10,439 nucleotides of DNA from a virus. Taxonomy: Duplodnaviria; Heunggongvirae; Uroviricota; Caudoviricetes. A program made the translations under genes and the position numbers. Under the pieces are notes generated by a model. The model was not told the origin of the DNA. It saw only the letters and a list, made by a program, of their open reading frames with translations, and did no database searches. Numbering within the stretch: position 1 is the first letter of the stretch; each line of letters opens with the position of its first letter. Location of the stretch: positions 1-10,439 of IMG/VR virus record IMGVR_UViG_2541047926_000009; one strand, 5' to 3'. This document shows, piece by piece, positions 1-6,603 of the stretch.

Positions 1-678
1 TTAATCGTACGAGTCGAGTATGTTCTGAAACGCCCAGCCATCCTCCTTAGGAACACAAGACAGAATCGAATGAATTAGATCCCCTGCGGAAAGAAGTAAC
101 CCTTCTTGCCCTTCAAGAAAATAACGCCATTTAGGTCCATGAAACAGATTGTTCCGTAACCGGAAACAAACGAACAAGCACACTGCAAGCTGAGTCTCAG
201 GCTCGGTTGTCATAGCTTGCATGGCTGAAAAACAGTCATCTCTCGCCTTTTGAGAGGTGTGGTGTAATTCCCCGCATAGGCTTTCAAACTTGCTTTTATC
301 ATTTACATAGCGTTCTGAAAAAAAATCGTATGTACACTTGAGAACCCCCAGATCCACAACCTCCATTTGCAAAAGACGATTGGCATATTTCGCACTTTTG
401 CCTTGCCCCCCAGCGCAATTAAGAAGTAGAGACTCGAAGAAAGAGAAGTACAAAAAATAACGATTAACGGCGGTAAGGATAGATGGGGTAATCCTGCCTT
501 CTGCATTAATCAACTCGTCAAATTCTGATGAAAAATCCAACTGTTCATCCTTTTCCATTATATTCGGCCATTTATTGATATTGCACATCAGTCGCTCTTG
601 GCAATGACAGGTTTGCTCTCGGTAATGTCTCAAACGCCCCAAAAAGTAGTCTCGCAAATGCTCTAGTTGCTCGCGCAT
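1..678 (-). CDS. Hypothetical accessory (moron) protein, 225 aa; contains a HEPN-like Rx4H motif (FRLRNNLFHG); candidate abortive-infection/defence protein
   Basis: Complete ORF on - strand (ATG at 676-678, TAA at 1-3). Visibly AT-rich relative to the lambda-like core genes. Preceded upstream by a - strand intrinsic terminator (803..830), so it is probably its own transcription unit. Only a weak GAAG RBS. No recognised family beyond the short motif. Confidence 0.5.
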   Translation of the reverse strand: MREQLEHLRDYFLGRLRHYREQTCHCQERLMCNINKWPNIMEKDEQLDFSSEFDELINAEGRITPSILTAVNRYFLYFSFFESLLLNCAGGQGKSAKYANRLLQMEVVDLGVLKCTYDFFSERYVNDKSKFESLCGELHHTSQKARDDCFSAMQAMTTEPETQLAVCLFVCFRLRNNLFHGPKWRYFLEGQEGLLLSAGDLIHSILSCVPKEDGWAFQNILDSYD

Positions 679-802
679 AACAACTTCGGCGATAACCGGC
701 TATTCGGTCGTTCTTTATACGCTACGCTTGAAGGCGCAAGGCCAACGCTTACCTTGTCACGTTCCAATTGCGGTTTTGCTGCAATGTTCCTGTCAGTCTG
801 AC

Positions 803-830
803 ATAAAAAACCCCTCAATCATCTGAGGGG
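803..830 (-). terminator. Rho-independent terminator (- strand)
   Basis: Perfect 7-bp stem CCCCTCA (811-817) / TGAGGGG (824-830) with 6-nt loop; on the - strand it is followed by a U-run (complement of the A-run at 805-810). Lies just downstream of the stop of ORF 839..1039 (-). Confidence 0.55.
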
Positions 831-838
831 ATTAGACA

Positions 839-1039
839 TCATTGCTTCCAATACTTTTGAACCCGGATATTCATTGGCACACAAACATTTTCATAGATAG
901 GGCCGCTAACAGTCATGACTATATAAATACCATCAAGACCATCAATATTAAGCGAGAGTCTATCTCCGGCTCTAACCTCACGCTCTAGTTCAATATCTTC
1001 TACTCGTCCAGTATCATCAAAAGTCACTGAATACATCAT
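839..1039 (-). CDS. Hypothetical small protein, 66 aa
   Basis: ORF with ATG start and TGA stop immediately followed by the terminator at 803..830; weak RBS (GGAA); no recognisable domain. Confidence 0.35.
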   Translation of the reverse strand: MMYSVTFDDTGRVEDIELEREVRAGDRLSLNIDGLDGIYIVMTVSGPIYENVCVPMNIRVQKYWKQ

Positions 1040-1201
1040 TTCAAATTTCCATCTAAGTGCATGAGGTGTCTAACGAAAATACCATAAAGAGAATTTGATT
1101 ACATTGAACTTTTTCAGTGCTTACTTGGCTTATCTGAAGCCTTAATCATTGCCGCCCAGTGCGCTACCTGCTTGCATCCATTCAGCGCCTAATATGTAAA
1201 A

Positions 1202-1810
1202 CTATTGCAATCTAGCCTGACGCAAATGTGGCAATACCCTGCTCCACTTATTATCCTGCCAAGGCTGGAATTTTACATGTGCCGTTTTTCTGGCAAGGAT
1301 TTCGCGCGCCTTATGTAGTATCTGGGGATATTCTTGCTCGATAGAAGTAAAGCGACCGGCTTCGCGGTGTTCCGCAACCTGAAGAAGTGGAGTAACGTTC
1401 TGGCAGGCGGTTAACATCGTATCACTTGCTCGCCATAACCAAGCAAGTGTGCAAAGTTCGTTATCAGTGAATTGTTTTGTGATCGGGGATTGTTGAACTT
1501 CTCGATCGAGAATATCCAGAACCCAGCGGCGGAACTCTTTGGCTACAGGAGTTCGTGCAAACATGGCGATCAAATGGGCTCCGCGAAGGCTAAATACTCG
1601 AGACTCCTGCATTCCACGAGGGGTGGTCACTTTGACCACCCTTGTCATCATATCTGTAAATTCATCTGAGTGACGAGAGTAAATGCGCTGAACTGCTTTA
1701 TCGTCCGCATATTCCAGAGCTAAACCAACTTCAGTGGCAGTAAGCCAAATTCTGTTATTGTGGCAAATTGGGGTAAACGTCGTTTTGTGGAATGCTAATT
1801 GAGTAGTCAT
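1202..1810 (-). CDS. Bro-N / antirepressor-like (Roi-like) N-terminal domain protein, 202 aa
   Basis: ORF with a good RBS (GAGGTG about 6 nt upstream of ATG 1808-1810). The N-terminal ~100 aa follow the Bro-N/ANT pattern (W-L-x-A-x-E-V ... G-x-Q ... AK-E-F-x-x-W-V). Located in the nin-region position downstream of P. Domain call is from pattern recall only. Confidence 0.5.
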   Translation of the reverse strand: MTTQLAFHKTTFTPICHNNRIWLTATEVGLALEYADDKAVQRIYSRHSDEFTDMMTRVVKVTTPRGMQESRVFSLRGAHLIAMFARTPVAKEFRRWVLDILDREVQQSPITKQFTDNELCTLAWLWRASDTMLTACQNVTPLLQVAEHREAGRFTSIEQEYPQILHKAREILARKTAHVKFQPWQDNKWSRVLPHLRQARLQ

Positions 1811-1966
1811 AGTATCACCTCATCAGGTTAACCATCACCACCAACGACGCCAATCGACTGGTGGTGAACTGTGCAAGGTTGGCGTAACCGGCTACTCAAA
1901 CCCGGCGCTCCCGAAGAAGCCCTCACACAGCCCACCATAATTTGGGCGTAGCCGTGCTTAGCGCAT

Positions 1967-1987
1967 AAAAAAACCGCTTAACGCGGT
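1967..1987 (-). terminator. Putative tR2-like intrinsic terminator (- strand)
   Basis: Stem ACCGC (1973-1977) / GCGGT (1983-1987), 5-nt loop; on the - strand followed by a 7-nt U-run (complement of A-run 1967-1973). Sits downstream of the P operon and upstream of the Bro-N gene. Confidence 0.4.
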
Positions 1988-2476
1988 ATGCGTTGAGTAG
2001 TATTCCGGGACGCCAATCCCGTGTGCCGATTTTGCGGCAACGCACAGAATATAGCGCCGGATAAATAATGTCGTCAACCCTTGCAAATGGGGGGCGCGAT
2101 GATCACTACTACCACTATAACCGCTCCAACTGTTGCAACTACTTTAGGCCAAGACATCAAGATTTCCATATCACCTTTAGCTGCGAAACGAACAGAGGTT
2201 CCCATCTCTATACTGCCGAGGCCAAACACCGAATATAAAAAACCGCAGGTGCATCTCTGCATCTGTGAAGGGAGAAGAGAGTTTGGATTGTATGTGCGCA
2301 TAAACGTCCCCGTTTAGCGCAGAAGTCACCGGAGTTGTTCATATTCTGATGACATGATAATTTCCTATTGAATAGAAAAAATTAACACTACTCATTCTTA
2401 TGACTGGAAAAAGCAATCATGCTAATAATCATTGTTGTTCCAGTTCCAAATGCAGCGAAATAATCACTAATATTTT

Positions 2477-2506
2477 TTCTACCGGTTTCGACTTTGATGC
2501 TATATT
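2477..2506 (+). promoter_or_regulatory. Candidate sigma70 promoter for ORF 2560..2907
   Basis: -35 TTCTAC (2477-2482), 18-bp spacer, -10 TATATT (2501-2506) in a very AT-rich intergenic stretch about 55 bp upstream of the ATG. Confidence 0.3.
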
Positions 2507-2559
2507 CTGCTAACACCTAACTAACACTACGTTTCACACAGCAATTACATGGAAATAAC

Positions 2560-2907
2560 ATGACTATCAAAGCGACTGACATAGAGATTCTTCATCGTTA
2601 TGCTGAAGGGGTAATGGAACGTTCTAACCATCATGCAAAAAATGTTGGTGCAGCCGCTCTTACATTGCTAGGAGGTGTTATCTGGAAAGCCCTGCCCGGC
2701 TCAATCGAGATAAGAACGTATAACGGAAGTCTTGCAAATATGGTGTGGTGGCAAAGCGAAAGAACATTAAAAAATTATGCAATCTCATACAACCATAATT
2801 CATGTGAAATTGAAATGAGAGATGAATCAGTCAAAGGTGCTGTATTATTTAGCATTTCCAACGAAACCACTCCAGAAAAAATATTATCACAGCTTTCTGA
2901 GCTTTAA
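2560..2907 (+). CDS. Hypothetical moron protein, 115 aa, opposite strand to the flanking early-right operon
   Basis: Clean ORF with ATG at 2560 and TAA at 2905-2907; AT-rich; own candidate promoter upstream and a perfect hairpin (2913..2930) immediately after the stop; convergent with P. No recognised family. Confidence 0.5.
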   Translation: MTIKATDIEILHRYAEGVMERSNHHAKNVGAAALTLLGGVIWKALPGSIEIRTYNGSLANMVWWQSERTLKNYAISYNHNSCEIEMRDESVKGAVLFSISNETTPEKILSQLSEL

Positions 2908-2912
2908 TTAAA

Positions 2913-2930
2913 GGCGGTGCTAACACCGCC
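2913..2930. terminator. Hairpin between convergent genes (ORF 2560..2907 and P)
   Basis: Perfect 7-bp stem GGCGGTG (2913-2919) / CACCGCC (2924-2930) with 4-nt loop ctaa. No clean T-run on the + strand; a partial U-rich tract on the - strand (uuuaauu). Confidence 0.35.
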
Positions 2931-3111
2931 CATACCATTACTCCACATCTTACGCAACTTGATAATTATGCTCTATTAAATACCCACAATATTTCATCAA
3001 TGCATGGGTCAGCTATAAAATGTTTACCGTGGTAATTCCTGTTTTCGCAACATCTCAAAAGAACAATAAACACTGTATTTCTTCAAGTAACGAAGAATCT
3101 TTCTTTGCCCG

Positions 3112-3813
3112 TCATACACTTGCTCCTTTCAGCCCAAACTTAGCTTTGATTTCTGCGATCTTCGCCAGAGCCTGTGCACGATTTAGAGGTCTACCGCCCA
3201 TGACAGGAAGTTGTTTTACTGGTTCAGGTATCGCCTCACCACGGTTAATTCGCGCGGTCATACAGGTCAGCTCATCGGCAGCTTTACGCCGTAATTCCGC
3301 GTCAGTCAGCGCATTGGCCCGCATGTTCTGGTACAGGTTGGTAACCAACCAGTAGTGCGCGTTTGATTTCCATGGATAAGACTCTGCGTCCGGATACAGG
3401 CCACGCTTCCGGCAATACTCGTAAACCATATCAACCAGCTCGCTGACGTTTGGCAGCCCGGCGTTAACGGATGCTTCTTCCCGGCACCAGGCCACAAACT
3501 GCCCGGGTGATGGCAGGAATGGTCGATTCTGCCGACGGGCTACGCGCATTCCTGCGTTAACCTGTTCCATTGTGGTGATCCCGTTTTCCCGGAAAGCCAG
3601 CACCCACTGGCGGCGGATTTCGTTCAGTTCGTTCTGATCCCGGTTAGCCAGGCTCGCAGGGAAAGTTGCCAGTAACTGGCTGAACACACCGTTGATGATC
3701 TGCGCTACCTGCTGTACCTGCGGCTTTTCGTCGTACTGTTCCGGCATATTGTTGGCGATCCGGCGCATCTGCTCACGGTCAAAGTTAACCATCTGTGCGG
3801 CGATGTTTTTCAT
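3112..3813 (-). CDS. P: Replication protein P (DnaB helicase loader), lambda-type, 233 aa
   Basis: The 233-aa translation (MKNIAAQMVNFDREQMRRIANNMPEQYDEKPQVQQ ... KFGLKGASV) is near-identical to phage lambda P as recalled. The start ATG (3811-3813) overlaps the O stop (TGA 3810-3812) in an ATGA arrangement. Confidence 0.95.
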   Translation of the reverse strand: MKNIAAQMVNFDREQMRRIANNMPEQYDEKPQVQQVAQIINGVFSQLLATFPASLANRDQNELNEIRRQWVLAFRENGITTMEQVNAGMRVARRQNRPFLPSPGQFVAWCREEASVNAGLPNVSELVDMVYEYCRKRGLYPDAESYPWKSNAHYWLVTNLYQNMRANALTDAELRRKAADELTCMTARINRGEAIPEPVKQLPVMGGRPLNRAQALAKIAEIKAKFGLKGASV

Positions 3814-4739
3814 AAATCCACCCCGTAAATCCAGTCAGTGTTCGTCAGGTCGAGTTTTGGTTTGCCGGCTGTCACGCCAGCCTGTTGCTTGTTTCGGTTG
3901 ATTTCGAGCTGGGTCCACTTGTCGCGGAGTTTGGCCGGACTCAGCACGTTACCGGACCAGAAGTTGTCCTGGCATGCCCAGCGGAACAGCACGCACATGT
4001 CGCGGTGGTTATGTCCGTCACGTTCACGCATCAGGCGGATATCGTTAGCCCACCCTGCAAAATTCGGTTTTCTGGCTGATGGCGCGATGGTCTTCACCAT
4101 GTCAAACATCCACTCTGCGGCGGTCAGGTCTTCTGCTGTCCCCCACTTGCTGCCACTCTGAATTGCAGCATCTGGTTTCACCACAGGAAGATCGTTTTCT
4201 GGTTGGTCAGAGGATTCGCCAGAATTCTCGGACGAAAAAGGTTTTATATTGTCTTTTGTTAGTTTGTCTTTTGTGTTTACCTGATTCGGGTAAACGCCTT
4301 TACCTGATTTGGGTAAACTTTTCTTACCTGATTCAGGTAAATTTACCTCTTTCAGGTAAACTTTATTTTTCTTACCTGATTCGGGTAATGTTGACCATTC
4401 ACTGACCACATTATTAATACCGATATTCCGCCCGCTCTGAATCAAAATCCCACGCTTTACCAGAACACTTTTTGCAGCAGAACACTTGTGCGGCAATATC
4501 CCGGTCAATTCGGAAAGTTGCTCGTTGCTAACCCAATCCAGTTTTTTATTAAAGCCATATGTTTTGCGCATGACAGCCAGGAAGACCAGAAGCTGGTGCT
4601 GTGTTAATCCGGCCAGCATCACAGCTTCCAGCAACTCATTTGCAATGCGCGTATAACCATCATCGAGATCTGCCACGCGCGGCTCCTTTTGTGCCACATC
4701 CGGCACTGGAAAATTGAATATCTCAGCAGTGTTTGCCAT
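3810..4739 (-). CDS. O: Replication initiator O (lambdoid O protein) with divergent N-terminal iteron-binding domain and lambda-like C-terminal P-interaction domain
   Basis: C-terminus (ANDIRLMRERD ... KLRDKWTQLEINRNKQQAGVTAGKPKLDLTNTDWIYGVDL) closely matches lambda O; N-terminus (MANTAEIFNF ... VADLDDGYTRIANELLEA) is related but diverged. Start chosen at ATG 4737-4739 because GGGAGGAA lies 6 nt upstream; the ORF track's longer start at 4829 lacks this RBS. Iterons lie inside the gene. Confidence 0.9.
   Translation of the reverse strand: MANTAEIFNFPVPDVAQKEPRVADLDDGYTRIANELLEAVMLAGLTQHQLLVFLAVMRKTYGFNKKLDWVSNEQLSELTGILPHKCSAAKSVLVKRGILIQSGRNIGINNVVSEWSTLPESGKKNKVYLKEVNLPESGKKSLPKSGKGVYPNQVNTKDKLTKDNIKPFSSENSGESSDQPENDLPVVKPDAAIQSGSKWGTAEDLTAAEWMFDMVKTIAPSARKPNFAGWANDIRLMRERDGHNHRDMCVLFRWACQDNFWSGNVLSPAKLRDKWTQLEINRNKQQAGVTAGKPKLDLTNTDWIYGVDL
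4277..4388. repeat. Origin of replication: five 17-bp iterons (consensus TTACCTGATTCGGGTAA) with adjacent AT-rich tract
   Basis: Iterons at 4277-4293, 4300-4316, 4324-4340, 4343-4359 and 4372-4388, each with internal dyad symmetry (TTACC...GGTAA); they encode the LPESGKK repeats in O. An AT-rich tract (about 4237-4276) lies on the O-distal side, matching lambda ori architecture (iterons plus AT-rich region inside O). The iteron sequence differs from lambda. Confidence 0.75.
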
Positions 4740-4776
4740 AATTCCTCCCGCAATGAGTGTGTTACGATTTGCACCT

Positions 4777-4809
4777 GAAAGTCGGTTCTGTTCCCGCAGA
4801 CCGACTTTC
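4777..4809. other. Perfect 10-bp inverted repeat (hairpin) in the cII-O intergenic region
   Basis: GAAAGTCGGT (4777-4786) / ACCGACTTTC (4800-4809) with a 13-nt loop, between the cII-like stop (4826) and the O start (4739). No strong T-run on either side. Confidence 0.4.
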
Positions 4810-4825
4810 GCCATTTCTGAACCTG

Positions 4826-5371
4826 TCATATTGCCCCCAGCATGGTGGTCACCATCGCCATTAATGGACCAGCCAGATCCGGGTCCACACGAAACATCGA
4901 CACAATACCTTCACTCATTTCCTTCAGTTTCTGGTGGCGTGGTGCGTTGAGAATGACAGCCTGTTTTGCCTCACTGAGTTCCTTTTCCATTTCAGCCAAC
5001 CGAACCATGAAGCTATCCTGCTCAACCAGGTAACCGCGATATTCCAGCGGTAGTACCGCCAGAATTGCCGGGGTCAGTTCACGCACGTTATTTCGGTATT
5101 TTTCAGAATCGAATTTGTTATCGAGGAAGCGGAACAGCTTCTGGCGTGCACGGCTGACATCATCAGGGAAATCGATGGTGCCGCCGCCCTGCTCCCGATA
5201 CTCATTCACAATGAGTGTGGCAACGACATCCTGATTATCTACAGCCGACCAGGCGCGGACGGCATCACGGATTTTTTCGTGGCCTGGCACCTGTTTTGTT
5301 TGAGAACGATTTATCACCGCAGTCGGGCTAAATCCGCTAGTCTGTTGGTATGTAAGTGGTTGCATAGTCAT
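4826..5371 (-). CDS. cII-position lysogeny regulator (CII/YdaT-like), 181 aa
   Basis: ORF directly downstream of cro and upstream of O on the same strand, i.e. the cII position; RBS AAGG. Too long to be lambda-type CII. Family assignment is positional and tentative. Confidence 0.45.
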   Translation of the reverse strand: MTMQPLTYQQTSGFSPTAVINRSQTKQVPGHEKIRDAVRAWSAVDNQDVVATLIVNEYREQGGGTIDFPDDVSRARQKLFRFLDNKFDSEKYRNNVRELTPAILAVLPLEYRGYLVEQDSFMVRLAEMEKELSEAKQAVILNAPRHQKLKEMSEGIVSMFRVDPDLAGPLMAMVTTMLGAI

Positions 5372-5395
5372 TGCCTTATCAGTTAACGCCGCAGA

Positions 5396-5623
5396 TTAGG
5401 CGGCAGAATTACTCGCGTTAAACAATGGTGCGAGGTCGGGACGAATATCTGCTGGTTTAATCTTTCCACCAGTGGCTGAGACAATTTTCATTACATAGCG
5501 GGCATCAATTCCGCCACCGTGTAGCCAACGCCAAACAGTGGGTTGGGCTACACCGCATAGATCTGCCAGTCGTTTTTGACTACCTGTAATACTGATTGCG
5601 AGTTGAATGGTTTTATTTGTCAT
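5396..5623 (-). CDS. cro: Cro-like repressor (YdaS-type HTH), 75 aa
   Basis: Small HTH protein divergent from cI (MTNKTIQLAISITGSQKRLADLCGVAQPTVWRWL...). ATG at 5621-5623 with AGGAA 6 nt upstream; the track start at 5629 is a TTG. Shares the GVAQPT(I/V)WR recognition-helix motif with the cI N-terminus, consistent with binding the same operators. Confidence 0.75.
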   Translation of the reverse strand: MTNKTIQLAISITGSQKRLADLCGVAQPTVWRWLHGGGIDARYVMKIVSATGGKIKPADIRPDLAPLFNASNSAA

Positions 5624-5654
5624 TATCAATTCCTATTGGTATTGAAATGAATGA

Positions 5655-5684
5655 ATAATAGCAATGCGTATTAACCAAAATCAA
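5655..5684 (-). promoter_or_regulatory. pR-like promoter for cro
   Basis: On the - strand: -35 TTGATT (complement of 5679-5684), 18-bp spacer, -10 TATTAT (complement of 5655-5660); about 30 bp upstream of the cro ATG. Confidence 0.5.
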
Positions 5685-5722
5685 TAGCAAAACGTGTTTT
5701 GACCATCAATACGCAAGCGTAT
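5658..5722. promoter_or_regulatory. oR-like operator cluster: three 14-bp sites at 25-26 bp spacing
   Basis: ATAGCAATGCGTAT (5658-5671), ATAGCAAAACGTGT (5684-5697) and ATACGCAAGCGTAT (5709-5722, near-palindrome ATACGC/GCGTAT). They overlap the pR -10, the region between the two -35 elements, and the pRM -10 respectively, mirroring lambda OR1-OR2-OR3. Confidence 0.5.
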
Positions 5723-5725
5723 AAA
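5699..5725 (+). promoter_or_regulatory. pRM-like promoter for cI (leaderless or near-leaderless transcript)
   Basis: -35 TTGACC (5699-5704), -10 TATAAA (5720-5725). The cI ATG (5735) is only about 10 bp after the -10 and has no Shine-Dalgarno, as for lambda cI transcribed from pRM. Confidence 0.45.
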
Positions 5726-5734
5726 TTAAAACTT

Positions 5735-6427
5735 ATGAAAAAAGAAACTCTTGCTGATCGCTTAAACCTAGCGATGGAACAATCTGGAATGTCTCAAGGC
5801 GCTCTTGCAAAGGCGTCTGGCGTAGCTCAACCCACAATCTGGAGACTGACAAGCGGCAACGCGCGCGGCTCAACAAAAATTGTTGAAATAGCTAATGCAT
5901 TGGGTGTTCGAACAGAATGGCTCTCATCAGGCATAGGCCCGATGAGAAATGACGGTCAACAATCAGGGAAGCCTGCTGTCAGCCATTCCAAATACTTCAA
6001 AATTGACGTTCTTGATATAGAAGTCAGTGCCGGGCCGGGTGTAATCAACCGTGAGTTTGTAGAAGTTCTACGCTCGGTTGAGTACTCGTTTGACGATGCT
6101 CGTCACATGTTCGATGGCAGGAAGGCGGAAAATATCCGCATCATTAACGTGCGTGGTGACAGCATGTCAGGAACGATCGAACCAGGTGATCTTTTGTTCG
6201 TTGATATCACTGTTAAATCTTTCGACGGTGATGGTATCTATGCGTTTCTGTACGACGACACAGCCCATGTAAAGCGCCTGCAAATGATGAAGGATAAGCT
6301 ACTGGTTATCTCTGATAACAAGAGCTACTCACCGTGGGACCCGATCGAGAAAGACGAGATGAACCGGGTGTTCATCTTCGGTAAGGTTATTGGGAGCATG
6401 CCGCAGACATACAGGAAGCATGGTTGA
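5735..6427 (+). CDS. cI: cI-like prophage repressor (N-terminal HTH, C-terminal LexA/S24 autopeptidase domain), 230 aa
   Basis: HTH region (GMSQGALAKASGVAQPTIWRL), candidate Ala-Gly autocleavage site (EVSAGPG), S24 catalytic Ser motif (RGDSMSG) and downstream Lys (AHVKRL). Divergent from cro across the operator region. Start set at ATG 5735; the track start at 5699 is a TTG with no RBS. Not lambda, 434 or P22 immunity by recall. Confidence 0.85.
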   Translation: MKKETLADRLNLAMEQSGMSQGALAKASGVAQPTIWRLTSGNARGSTKIVEIANALGVRTEWLSSGIGPMRNDGQQSGKPAVSHSKYFKIDVLDIEVSAGPGVINREFVEVLRSVEYSFDDARHMFDGRKAENIRIINVRGDSMSGTIEPGDLLFVDITVKSFDGDGIYAFLYDDTAHVKRLQMMKDKLLVISDNKSYSPWDPIEKDEMNRVFIFGKVIGSMPQTYRKHG

Positions 6428-6542
6428 TTTAATGCTCATATTTTAGCCTTAGAAGGCCATTACAGACGAGTTAAATCTCAGCCCTTTAATTTATTAATAT
6501 ATTGAATTTTATGTGTTTTTTATGATTGCATTTTATGCCCTG

Positions 6543-6571
6543 TTGATATCGCCTCCGTGTGAGTGCATAAT
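6543..6571 (+). promoter_or_regulatory. Strong candidate sigma70 promoter for the rex-position cargo locus
   Basis: -35 TTGATA (6543-6548), 17-bp spacer, -10 CATAAT (6566-6571), in the AT-rich cI-distal intergenic region and about 30 bp upstream of ATG 6604. Confidence 0.5.
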
Positions 6572-6603
6572 TTAACCAAGGCATATTTTCAAGAGATTTC
6601 GTC

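Noticed and set aside
4277-4388. Short direct repeats with short spacers that superficially resemble a CRISPR array
   Set aside because: The repeats are 17 bp, imperfect, separated by only 2-12 bp, lie inside the O coding sequence and are followed by an AT-rich tract. This is the classic lambdoid ori iteron architecture, not CRISPR.
3020-4405. Plus-strand ORFs overlapping P and O (3020..3355, 3692..3901, 3838..4161, 3885..4079, 4079..4405) and minus-strand ORF 3306..3497
   Set aside because: They lie on the opposite strand or in alternative frames of the near-certain P and O genes, have no RBS and give low-complexity Ser/Cys/Arg-rich translations typical of shadow ORFs.
4740-4829. Longer O start at 4829 (track protein MTGSEMAKVGL...)
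   Set aside because: The extra 30 codons have no lambda O counterpart and no RBS, whereas ATG 4739 is preceded by GGGAGGAA and gives an N-terminus (MANTAEIFNF...) that aligns with lambda O (MTNTAKILNF...).
5699-5734. Longer cI start at 5699 (track protein MTINTQAYKLKLMKKE...)
   Set aside because: Position 5699 is a TTG with no RBS and lies inside the -35 element of the pRM candidate. ATG 5735 directly downstream of the -10 fits a leaderless cI transcript better.
6428-6540. Possible intrinsic terminator directly after cI (GCCTT..AAGGC around 6452-6466)
   Set aside because: The stem is only 4-5 bp with a 2-4 nt loop and no following T-run, so it is not a convincing terminator. cI transcripts may read through into the cargo locus, as they do into rexAB in lambda.
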